Positions 52,040 to 63,905 of a stretch of 64,000 nucleotides of DNA are shown here, in pieces. The position numbers and the translations under genes are program-made. Positions within the stretch are counted from its first letter, which is position 1. Every line of letters begins with the position of its first letter. The DNA comes from Larinioides sclopetarius (taxonomy: Eukaryota), in contig CAXIEN010000102.1 in NCBI GenBank assembly GCA_964023285.1, forward strand, positions 2,999,528 to 3,063,527. The letters are read 5' to 3'. A model generated the notes under the pieces. That model was not told the DNA's origin and made no database searches. It saw nothing but the letters and a program-made list of their open reading frames with translations.

Positions 52040-52475
52040 TTAAAGAACAAAATCGAGTGAAAACTCGATTTTTAATCGACTATCATCATTGAAAATGTAA
52101 GTTGAATTTAGTTTTTTCAATGACATCATTGAAAAGGTAAGTTAAATTTTCAAACAGAGTAAAAAAATTGTTGTAATGTTCTTGGAAGTTATTAAGAAAA
52201 AAATCTAATACAACACTTATAGAACAAAATCGAGTTTATTAAGTAAAAGTATAATAAATTAAAGAACAAAATCGAGTGAAAACTCGATTTTTAATCGACT
52301 ATCATCATTGAAAATGTAAGTTGAATTTAGTTTTTTCAATGACATCATTGAAAAGGTAAGTTAAATTTTCAAACAGAGTAAAAAAATTGTTGTAATGTTC
52401 TTGGAAGTTATTAAGAAAAAAATCTAATACAACACTTAATTTTTTATTAAGTAAAAGTATAATTAAAATAGAAAA
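52040..52475. repeat. Tandem duplication, about 218-bp unit in 2 copies, each containing the perfect palindrome aaaatcgagtgaaaactcgatttt
   Basis: 52040-52258 and 52259 to about 52475 are near-identical (taaagaacaaaatcgagtgaaaactcgatttttaatcgactatcatcattgaaaatgtaagttgaatttag..). Confidence 0.8.
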
Positions 52476-54719
52476 TAATTACAAAGTACACATTCCTACT
52501 CTTCAAATTATGTTTATGCTAATTTTCTTTGCTCTAAGCCTGACTTTCTGCCTTGTACAGGGCCATAGCACAAATATTCTTCTTTATTATTATTAAAGAT
52601 AAACAACTCATTGAACAATGAATCTTGCGATCCATAATTTACTCACATTCTCATGCTAGAAGTCAAACATTTTAATTTTTATTGAATGAAAAGTAGTTAT
52701 TTACTTGGCTATTTCTGTCAATTTTATGATAAATATTTTTAAAAAATTTAAAGTTAATGTTAAGAAGGATAAAAGTATCTATTTTAAATTCTGCAATGTT
52801 AAGTACAATCTAGACCAACATAAAAGCAAATAAACAGACAAAAAATAAAAATATTTCCCAAGTGTTAGTAAATTAAAGCAGGTTTTGAGAGAGATGAAAT
52901 AAATAATGAACAATCTTTTAATCAGATTCTAACCATAACACTTAAACTTTAGTGTATTAATAACATTCAAGTACTGATGTTTACGATCCAAAAAAAGATC
53001 CCGTCTAAACAGAAAACTGTGTGTGTGTGTCTATACTATAAAGTAATATAACATATTCAGCTAAAAAGAAAAAAAAAGACGTGTGTCTTATTGCAATTTT
53101 TTTATGAAAAAAAATAATATACTTTTGTTGAAAGTAATGAGTCAATACTATTTTTAGAATAGTTCATATTAATAAACTGATAACCTATCAAATGTGTCTC
53201 GTACATTGATTAATTAATCCAAAAAAGAAATCATTAACATCTGTGTATCTTAGATTTAAGTTTCCATTATCAGCTTTTTATCATTTTTAAACCAAACTCA
53301 ACATTCTTTTTTTTTTATTTAATTGAGCTTTTAAAATGATTAATATTTAAGTAACATATTTTATGGACGATACGATGCATGATATAATATAGCGTTTTCA
53401 TTTTCCTTTTCTGATTTATTTTTGCTATTTTGTAGAATTTCAAAAGATCCGTATATTGTTAATTCTTTTTACCACACCTAATGCTCAATATATATTCTAA
53501 GCACATTTATATTATATAGAGACATCATATTTCACGGCAGTGCCCGAGTTTTATCAGAATAAGAATAATTAAAAAATAAATACCCTGGTAAGGATAATTA
53601 CCATTTTGGGTATTTATCCTTAAATTAATTAATAATAAAAATAAATAAATAAAAATAAAATTAAATTATTACATGTCTCCATAAATATAGCATACACAGC
53701 TGAGTTCAACTTTAAATGGCTTAAAACATGTTGATAAAAAGAGTTAAAACATAGTAATGTCGGATGGGGTAAAATATGTAATAAAAATATATAGTTTATG
53801 AAACAAAAGCTATTTAATTACATTTTTAGTTTTTTAAGTTGGATATTATTGTCAGCTGTTCTAATTTCCGTTTCTTAACTGATATTTTTTTTCAGTTTCT
53901 TTATAAGTGAGTGGTAACACATTAAACCGAAGAGGAAAAGCTCAAGCTTATGCCATATGTTATGCTTTTTAACTTTCACTGCCAGAATCAGACTATTGAG
54001 GAATTCTTATTAATCAGAGTGGCATTGTTATGATATTTGTTATGATTATTGTTATGTTTTTTGTTGACATTTTTACAGCTGCTTCAACTTGTAGCCAAAG
54101 GAAAATTTCTTTTTTCAATCTCTTATTTAGAAAATGGGATAAAATGGGTATATGGCCAGGCTTCACATTTTGCATCTTGTAAAAGAGAGATACAGAACAA
54201 TTTTTTTCTTTAAATAAATAATCATTAATATAAATTGAAAATTACTAAAACATAAATTTTCCCTTTCACAATTATTTCTAAAAATTATGTACATAAAGGA
54301 TCGGGAAAAAGAAAGAAAAGAAAGAAAGTAAAAATAGGAATAGCGAGATAGATAAAATTTGGTACACAATTTCCTCAACATAAATTTATGTCCATATAAA
54401 AGTTTGGGGAAAATCCGTTAAATGGTTAACCCTCGGTCGGTCTGCAAAATCAAATATTTGTAAAATTTATATCTCTTAAACCTTTTGCCGGAGTTATATA
54501 AAAATTTTTATGACGAATGCTATTAATAATTGTAAACCTGTGCAAAATTTTCGTCCAGATCGATTGAGAAAAAACTTTTTAAATATCCTTTTCAGTTTTA
54601 TAATTATTGCAATGAATCCGAACTCTTCGCGCATGAGCTCGTCTGCTTGACCTTCAGCCCGCCGCTGATTAATTACGTGAAAATAATTTTTCGAACGCGC
54701 AGAGTCAAAATTTTTATCA

Positions 54720-55065
54720 GGTTTATAGTTTTGCAGTCGGTGGGTTTTTTTTAATAATAATTATCAACGCTGGAAAATAGTAAAGGGAATAATTCAGGGG
54801 AACTATACGAGAAAGTTTGGGGAAGGCCACTTCCACTGGTTTTTTTCTTTTTTGGGGAATTCTGCTAGCGGTTGTATTATTTTTATTACGTGAAAATGAC
54901 GTTTCGCGCATAGAGCAGATTCAAAATTCTTGCCAGGTTTATAGTTTTCACAGTCGGTGGATTTTTTATTTTTCTTATCAACGATGGAGGATAGGAAACG
55001 AGGAATAATTCAGGGGAACTATACGAGAAAGTTTAGGGAAGGCCACTTCCACTGGTTATCTCTGT
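54720..55065 (-). repeat. Two tandem partial copies (5'-terminal about 120-210 bp) of the B-type repeat in inverse orientation
   Basis: aattcaggggaactatacgagaaagttt(g/a)gggaaggccacttccactgg at 54790-54841 and 55008-55062 is the reverse complement of the B1/B2 5' ends. The adjacent sequence matches the reverse complement of 60740-60850. Confidence 0.5.
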
Positions 55066-58000
55066 GATGATTATTACTTCCTCATTGCTTTAAAGTGCAT
55101 CGTAAAACAACAAGCGATTTTCTGACAACTGTTGAAATGAGCAGGTTTGGTACTATGATTTCTTCATTTTCCGAGACCGATTCCTCCACACTTCTTAGTG
55201 TGATATATCTTGATATGTTTCTGATATTTATGATGTCTGTTGCAATTTCGGAGTAAAATTTCTCTCCTGATATTTGTAAATTATTATATTGATACATATC
55301 ATAAAAAGTTTCAATCATTCCTTCTTCTTCATTGATGATTATTATCTCTGTAAGGTTAAAAACCTCATCAGAAATGTTTAGTTCACACTCTTTGTAGTAG
55401 TTTGATATTGTTTAGGATGAATCAATGCTCCATGAATTGCAAATTGTATGATGGAATTCAAAATAAAAACTGATTTTAATTTTAAATCATATGCACTCTG
55501 AAAGTTTGATTTTAAAAAACGGCAGTAATGGTTTTATTAACAGATGCTTTCAACATGTTTTGATCATAGAGTTGGGATAAATAGAGGAAGTCAGTTGTAT
55601 ATTTCCCTCCGAAAGGAGTGGACCCAAAATTACTCGCGTGACTTGTGGATTGGGTAAGAGCTGGGGCACCTTTTTTGGCGAAATATCGTTAGTCTGAGCG
55701 CGCAACAAACTTTCGTACTGTAACTTTTTTTAGGTGGACATGGCTTGCCCCTTGTTTTAACAATATTATTTGAAAACTACAACTACAATTCTAAAAACGT
55801 TTATCATTTTATATATATACTGTGAGGATGCTATTTTCAGTTATTATTATTCTTTTTTTATTTCCCGTTGAACTGAGGAATAAGAAAATCCATTCCCGAA
55901 ATATTTGAGAGTCAAAATTCGTTAGAATACTCTTTTCACAGTTCAAGAACATGCAAGAATGAATAAACTATAATGGAAGAATAAATTTTCTGCCAGAAAC
56001 GAAATTGTCAGCTTTCGGAATAGAAACGTGGATATAATAGTAATTAGATTAAGGACTTTAGCTACAAATTGCTTTAATCAAATTACCACTGGATCAAAAA
56101 TGCTTTTCAGTCATAACACCATTATTAGAGTATTGATTGAAATCATATTTACTTTTTTCTTTCGTTTTCCGAAAATATTTGAGCTCGTTTTTTTTCTTAA
56201 GAAATCATTTTAATTTTCTTATTTACATAGAAAAAGCATTTTAATTTTGCTAGTTAAAATGTTGTTGGTATTATTTCAAATGCTTAACATTTTTAAGAAC
56301 ACATTATAAAACTGAGCTATTAGACTTTTTTCCCCAAAAAATATGTACAGTATGTCAATGATATTCATGTCATTTGAAATAGACATGGAATTTAAACATG
56401 GATGTATATAGATATTGTGTGATTTTCTTATTAGATATTCTTGTTTTAAAAAAATTAAAACTTAAGTAAATTTTAGCATAATTTATTCATTGATTCTTAG
56501 AACAATATAATGTACAAGTAATACTTTAGTAGAAAATTTTTATAATGCCTTCTAAGAATTAACGAGATAACTTATTATTTTTTTAAAAAAAGGACCTTAT
56601 CATTGTAACCTGAATTATTTATTCTTAAGTATCAAAATGCTGTTCATTATAGTAATTTTGGACAATTTCTTTTAAATCGTTAGTTTCTTTTTAGATCTTT
56701 GCAGTAGATAATTGAAATACATTGAAAAATATGCTATTATGACAATTTTTTTTTATAAAATTCTATCAAACATAATTTTTAATTGCAGATACGTTTTCAA
56801 ATGCACTATTTCATTTCTAATGATGGCATTGACGTTCATAAGGTCACAATTCAAATAACTACAAGAAAAAAAAACTAAATATTTGAAATAATAAAGATTT
56901 AGTGTTAAATAACTTCCATTAGGGAAAAATTTCTGTTATTTATCATTAATGTTTATTACTTACATTTATGTTGGCGGGAAAAAAGTCACGCCAAGTTTGA
57001 AGCCAAACACGGGTAACATATTCAGGATTAAAATAAAGCAAGTAAGAAAATATACTGTAGTTACATCAGTTAAAATGATGCGTAATAACCAGTTTACTAC
57101 ATTAAATGCAATGAATACAGGAAATTATGAAATAATATTCAATTATTATATCAAAATCACCGAGTATTCGAAGGTACAGAATTATAAATAGATTCTAAAT
57201 GTGTATAAATAGAATATGTTTATTGTATGTTCTTGTGAAACGACACCTTGCAATCCTTAGAAGCTTTTTCTTTGCATCCAAACACACAACAATAATGCGC
57301 TATGATTTTAACAGGTTTTAAACTTATACAGTCAAAATCGGCGAACTAGCTGCCATAGGCAAGCAATGGAGAATGAAGAATGCGGTTGCAGTGAACACCA
57401 ATTCTGTCCACAAGTCATTTGATTTTATTTTGGCGTCGCGCCGAGTAGGGTTGCAATCTCTCTATCTACTATCCCAACTCTATGGTTTTGATGTTGTAAT
57501 GATTCAGTTTGTGAAGATTTGATTTTATAATCCAGTGATTTCATTAGTGGCGGTTACTATATGAATAAAAAATTGGCTCAATGAAATGAAACTTATGATT
57601 CTATAGCTAATTTTTTTTGCTTAGCCTTTAATAAATTAATAAATAAAAAACAATCTCATGCCAGTGAAAATGAAAAAAAATCACTTACAATAAAATACAT
57701 CCCCTATAAGCCTTTCAGTATAAGAACGGTTTAAAAAAAATACTAAATGCAATAAATATTCAATTCCAAACAGGAAAGAAAAAAAAACATTTAAACTAAA
57801 GCCGAAGTATTTTAAATTAATAATACAAAAAATTTAACTCTTGAATCAACAACTTTGTTTTACTTTCACTGAGAGTATAATGAAAATAAAAAGAAATGAA
57901 TCAAATGAAGAAATCTTATTGGCCTTTACAGAAATCCTGCGTGCACAAAAAATGGCGAAGGAAAAAAAAGCAAATAAAAAGTGACGAAAGTTATATTAAC

Positions 58001-60361
58001 AAAATAATCAAAATTATATTTCTGGTTGTATACATAGATGGACTTGTATGTGCTTTTGTTATATTTTTTTATGATAAAAGTTCTTTAATGATAATAAAAA
58101 TTACTGCTGTGCATTCAGCTGATTTTTATTATTATTACTTAAAAATAATGAGGTACACTTTTCATACAGAACTTTTCATTATTATCAGTTAGCATATAGA
58201 GTTAGGATTTAAATTATGAAGAAAACTTGTTGTTTTCCTTCATAGTTTGTTACATAAAGTATTAATTTTCTAAGAGAAGACAAACAATAAATATTTCAAA
58301 ATTTCAACTGTTCTTGTTTATAATTAAGTAAACTAAAGTAACATTGAATATTAAATATTTTCATGCCACTACGCTGAAGATGGAGCAAAAATTTGACAAA
58401 AGATTCCCTGGAAAAATAATAAGTGGAAAATCAATTATCCTTCATGCCCAGATCATCGCTATCCCGGTTATCTAAACTTCGTAATTTTCTGGATCCCCCA
58501 TTTTTTCAGCGATAGTTTTTCCGCTTTAAATTACTCTAACAAATAGTAAAGTATTTCTAAGAAGAAAACAGTAAAAAAAATCATTATAAATTTAGAAAAA
58601 TTAATGAAAAACTTTCAAGTACAGAAAAAAATAAGATAAAAATGCAATACAAAATTGACACTAATATTTATTTTTTATATGCATTTTTAAGCATGGATGG
58701 AAAATTAAGGAATCAAAAAATAGTTTGAACAAGAAATTGTTTTATAGCTTTTGTTATAACTTTCTTTACGATTATTTAAGTAGAGTCTATAAAATGTAAA
58801 TACACTTTGCTTTATTTCTGTAAAATATCAATTTCATACAGTGTGGTAGCTTATATGCTTCTTTTACCCCTCCCCCTTCCATAAAGATGGTCAAGCATAT
58901 TCTGAGAGGTTACTATATTTCTACAGATTATTATTATAGTTAAGTACGGATTAAGTATTCCGACTTTATTATTGAATTTTTAAAAAATGCAGTATTTTAT
59001 AGCTTTGTTTTAGTTCTCCAATCGAAAATTGGCACACAATTTAATTGAATTTTTTATGCATACTTTATTGTATTTTAAATAAAATATTACAACTCCATTA
59101 AATCTTTTATATATAATGTTAAATCTTCTATATTTATAACGAAAAAGTGCAGACTTTTTCAAAATTGGTGGAAAAGTTTGATATATTTTCCGAAAATGAC
59201 AAAAAATGCTTATTTTAAAAAAATGACAGAAAGAGAGAGTAAATTTTTTACAGTTTTTTAGTTCCTGGATAAAAAGGTCTGTACTGTAATTATTAAGTTT
59301 TTATCAATGTACATAAATTAAATTTTCAAGTATTTATTTATGTTATTTAAAATGAGATATTTATAAAATAATTTTAATAAACTTCAAAAGCTTTAAAGAA
59401 CCATACTGAATAGTTTGGCATGTAAAGGGTTAAAAAAAAATTCAAAAAACATGATATATTTTTAATAGAAAAAAATTAAAATCTTTTTTTAAACATGATA
59501 TTTTTTGAAAGTATAATGACTCTTTCAGCCTTTAGTATCCTTTTTTAAGTCTAGAATTATCCATGGGTTATATGAAAGATGATCAAATATTAAAAATTAT
59601 GAATGAGTCACAATTTAATAACAAATAATCATTAATTTTTTGAGCAATAACAGATACAAAATCATATTTTAAGGAGAAAAAACACTATTTTATTTTTTAC
59701 CAAACTTATAGCATAATTTGAGCCTTTTTAATAATAATTAATAAAAACTTATTTAAATCTGATTTTTATAGTTATTAAATCACTGTACAGCAAGAAATAA
59801 TTATTTTTAAAAACATCTGTTACGGTATCAGATTTAGAGACACCCATTTTACTCCACAACATACCAATTTTCACCTGGGTTCGATAGATTGGGTTCACAT
59901 AACATATGGTTAAAAACTATCCCCACAAGTAAATATATCTATATTATAATACCAATGAAACTTGCTTAATTTCACTCTCAAAATGTGTAACACAAAAAAA
60001 AGGTTTAAAAAATAATATTTTGAAAATATTTTTTTAAAGTGAGAATGAAAAATAAGCTGTTTCCTACCCGTTTGTTTGTTAGATTTTGTAAACCTTTTTT
60101 GTAAAAATGGTGATTAACTGCCAAAATACAATAGTACTTATTTTAATGCAACCCTACATATTCTATCTCAAGCTGTCCTGAAAGTCGTATGTTTATAATC
60201 AATGCTCTTTCATACTTTCCATTGTGTAATTGGCTCTAGATTTTACCAAACACCAAGAAAACTGAAATTCACATCTTCATAAATAATGAATTTAAATAAA
60301 CAATTTTTTTAAAAAAAATTTACTCAATAAATTAATATCAGATTATTGAGAAAATGCATAC

Positions 60362-60441
60362 CAACAGAAAGTTCACCTTCAGTGACTTCAATAACTGTAT
60401 CCAGAAGAGGTTCACCCAAAGGAATTGATGGGGAAAGATAC
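60362..60441 (-). CDS. AASDH: AASDH-like exon encoding the A5-region motif (.YLSPSIPLGEPLLDTVIEVTEGELSVG.)
   Basis: The minus-strand translation matches the adenylation-domain pattern IGxPIxNTxxYVLD...GELxIGG. The exon is flanked by an acceptor (tttaaag|G) and a donor (G|gtatgc). It ends in phase 2, giving GG at the junction. It is short, and nothing else cross-checks it. Confidence 0.45.
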
Positions 60442-60688
60442 CTTTAAAGTCATAAGTAAATGAACTATTAGAAATTAACTATTAACTATTTGTTATACTG
60501 TATTATGACCATTTGTATATGTGTATCAAAAGCAGAATGGACATATTGAAAAATTTAAATAAACTTATAACAAAACCATTAACATCAAAAAAAATTTTGA
60601 ACAATATGTATAAAATATGGTCAATGATATGAACAGAAAGAAAATATCTACTTAATTATAAATATTAGTTAACTCCAGTATCCAATTA

Positions 60689-61994
60689 TCACTAAAAGCA
60701 GTGGAAGTGGCCTTCCCTAAACTGTTTCGTATAAATCCCCAGAATTCTGCTGTTTCGCACCTTCCAAAAAGGATAAAAAAAATTCCACCGACTGTTTAAA
60801 TTATGTATAGGATACAGTTTTTGAATCTGCTCTATACCCGAAACGCCATTAATTCCACGTAACTAAAATAATCCAGTCACCATCAGAATTTGCCAAAAAG
60901 AAGGAAAAGTATCCAACGAGAAAGAAAAAAGCCCCTATGGATCGCTACTAGCAACGCTTTCCTTTGTTCACAAAACGACATGCTAAGAAAGTCATGTTTA
61001 TAAAATGGGATTCGCAAGTAAAACAATTCTATTGAACCGAATTGGGCGAAACTTTTACAGAAATTTGCAATTTATATTAGCATACATCACATAAAATTCT
61101 ATATATCTAGACTAAAAGGTTTAAGAGTTATACATTTTAGAAATATGTAACTATACAGACCGACTGACGATCAACCCTTTGACGGATTTGGAATTTTATA
61201 CAGGCTTACATTTTTGTCTTTGACGGATTTAGTCCAAAGTGTAATAAAGATCTACGATTTCGATGTAAAAATCAAAAATGAAATTTCACCCTTGTTGGAC
61301 GTGTCGCCTTCAAGCAACTGCACACGCGTCTTTCCGCAGCAGCTGCACCAAGGTCACGGGATCCGGAATTATTGTGGCGTCGTTTCGCCGCTTTTGGGGA
61401 ATTCGGTCAATGTATTCTCGCGGCGCGACACAACGCAACGCCGCAGAAGACTGCGAACTAAAATTAAAACAATTCAATTGAACCGAATGGAGCGAAATTT
61501 TTACACAAAATTACAATTTATATTAGCATACATCATACAAAATTTTATATAACTAGACTAAAATGTTTAAGAGTTGTAAATTTTATAAATATGTGATTAC
61601 ACAGGCCGACTGACGGTCAACCCTTTGACGGATTTGGCCCAAAATTTTATACGAACAGGAATTTATGATGTGGAAACTGTGTATCAAATTTTATCTATCC
61701 AGTTATTGAAGTTTTTGCGTTCACATGAACGTGGACAGACAGACAGACAGACAGACATACTTCCCGTATGCGGATTTTGCTCAAAATTTGATAGAATCTT
61801 ACAAATTATGTACAAAGACCACATGCCAAATTTCAGCTTCATAACTATAATGGTTTTTGATTTATCGTGTTCACAGACAGACATAATTCCAAAATTGTGT
61901 TTTTCGGACTCGGGGAGGTCTAAAACGTGGAGATTCGTCAAAATCTCGAGTTCGAATTTTTTGACGATTACTATACTTTCTCTATACGAGAAAG
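60689..61994 (+). repeat. Copy B1 of the same repeat family, full-length variant (about 850-bp unit) with an internal duplication and a CpG-rich insert. It has a 13-bp TIR CTTTCTCGTATAG..CTATACGAGAAAG
   Basis: It starts gcagtggaagtggccttccctaaactgtttcgtata. It contains the (cagacagaca)n core at 61737-61760 and the palindrome cgtcaaaatctcgagttcgaattttttgacg. It ends tactttctctatacgagaaag. It is collinear with 63049-63905 except for the duplicated block 61020-61200/61465-61640 and the insert at 61262-61470. Confidence 0.6.
61737..61762. repeat. (CAGA)n microsatellite within the B1 repeat
   Basis: gacagacagacagacagacagacata. Confidence 0.9.
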
Positions 61995-63048
61995 CAAAAA
62001 TATAGGAAATCATTATTTTCGTTTATAATATTTCACATCACATATTCTAAGCATTTATCTTCAATGAAGAAAAGTTTTGTTGTGTATGAGCACTTTTCAG
62101 TTGTAATATGATTCATTAGAAAGGATTAAGGGATAAAAAATTTAAACGAATTGCAAGTAATCTGTAAATTTGAGAATATTTGTTAATGTAAGCTTATCTA
62201 GTATTAAACATGTTCCTAAAATATTTGTGCTCGTAAAAAATATTGTGAAAAGGACATCTCCACATCAGAGTCCTCAACAGAAACTGTTTTCAATAGAAGT
62301 AACTCAAAATTTCAAATAACTTTGCAAATAGTATTGTTTATTGATTCTTTATGCAGCAAATTTAGGTTTCTCAGTTTAGAATTATTGAAAGCTTTTGTTA
62401 CAGCTCAAAATGTAGAAGAGTGAAGAAAATTACTCGGACACTCTTTAAAGGAAATAATAAAAATGGTGATTTCTTAATTAAATTAAGACTTTCCAGTATG
62501 AAACAGATAAATGCGGCTTTCTGCCTATTATTAAATTTAAAACGTTTTTGTTAAAGGGAAGGATATGTTTTCAAAAAATCTCTAAATTCCTTTCAAAGCT
62601 CAAATATATATTTTTTTAATTTAGAAACATTATATCCAATTATCTAAAATATAGTTGAAACAAACAATAAATAGATCTGAGGGAATTTTATTTTTACAAG
62701 AGACACGTAGTTTTCTTGAAATGCAAAACAAATAAAATTAAATTTTGCCACATCTTTAATCACAATTTAATTCGACATGAGGCTTTAAAAGAATTCAAAG
62801 TATATAAGGATCAATAGAAACAGGGAAAAAAAAGAATTCTATAATTAATCAACAACGTAATTTTTTTTAGTTTCTAAATTTAAGAGTATACAGAATAGTT
62901 GTTACTCCAGGGGTGCCCATCCCCCCTAGACAGTAAGGCTCACCCTCCCCAAAAAATAGTTGACCCCCCTTCCGCCAAAGCCAACTGTATACAATAATTG
63001 ACTTTTCACCACTCAGAAGTACATTTTCATATGCTATTATTAGTTGAA

Positions 63049-63905
63049 ACCAGTGGAAGTGGCCTTCCCTAAACTTTCTCGTATAGTTCCCCTAAATTGT
63101 GCCTTTTCCTATCTAACAGCGTTATTATAAAAAATTCCCCCGAATGTAAAATCTATAAACCTGATAAAAAAAAATGTTGAATCAGCTCTTGACGCGAAAC
63201 GTCATTTTCACGTAATTAAAATCATCTAACCAATACCAAATTTCACCAAAAGGGAGAAAAAGGAGCCAAATGAATGAAAAAAACACCTAGGAAGTCCACT
63301 AGACACAATATTCTCCTTTGCTCACAAAACGACGCTTTGCGCATGCGTGCGTATTAAAAATTTGGGGAAGCAGTTAAGCTACTTATATTTACACGAATGG
63401 GGCGAAATTTTTTACATAGGTTTGCAATTTATAATAGCATACACCATAATAAATTTTATAGATGTAGACCAAAGGGTTTAAGAGTTATAAATTTTGAAAA
63501 TATGGGATTATACAGACCACCTGACGGTCAACCCTTTGACGGACTTGGCCCAAAATTTTATACGGATAGGAATTTATGATGAGAAAACTGTGTATCAAAT
63601 TTTATCTATCTAGCTATTGAAGTTTTTGAGTTATTGAGTTCACATGAACGCGGACAGACAGACATACATCCCGTGGGCGGATGTTGCCCAAAATTTGATA
63701 GAATCTTACAAATCATATAAAAAGACCACATACCAAATTTCAGTTTCGTAGCTATAATAGTTTTTGAGTTATCGTGTTCACAGACAGACAGACATAATTC
63801 CAAAATTGTGTTTTTCGGACTCAGGGAGGTCTAAAACGTGGAGATTCGTCAAAATCTCGAGTTCGAATTTTTTGACGATTACAATACTTTCTCTATACGA
63901 GAAAG
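63049..63905 (+). repeat. Copy B2 of the same repeat family (about 857 bp), 13-bp terminal inverted repeat, subterminal palindrome
   Basis: 5' ccagtggaagtggccttccctaaaCTTTCTCGTATAGttcccc at 63049-63090. 3' tactttctCTATACGAGAAAGtaaaa at 63880-63905. The 13-mers are exact reverse complements. The last 19 nt form the hairpin CTTTCTC-tatac-GAGAAAG. Confidence 0.6.

Larger units (their letters stand above)
26798..60441 (-). other. AASDH: Gene span (partial) of an AASDH/U26-like NRPS-like gene (acyl-CoA synthetase family member 4; adenylation - PCP - PQQ beta-propeller architecture). The 5' exons lie beyond the window end
   Basis: A chain of minus-strand exons carries adenylation motifs (A5-like, A7 YRTGD-like, A8 GRxD..KxxGxR-like), a PCP exon with the GGDS phosphopantetheine site, and five PQQ-repeat exons. 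All have GT-AG boundaries and mutually consistent codon phases. Confidence 0.7.

Noticed and set aside
61214-63803. ORFs of 60-126 codons inside the B1/B2 repeat copies (for example 61625-62005+, 61684-62013-, 63606-63803-)
   Set aside because: They are paired on both strands over the same repeat sequence and recur with substitutions in the other copy. They have no domain signatures and span the microsatellite and palindrome. These are chance frames in a non-autonomous repeat.
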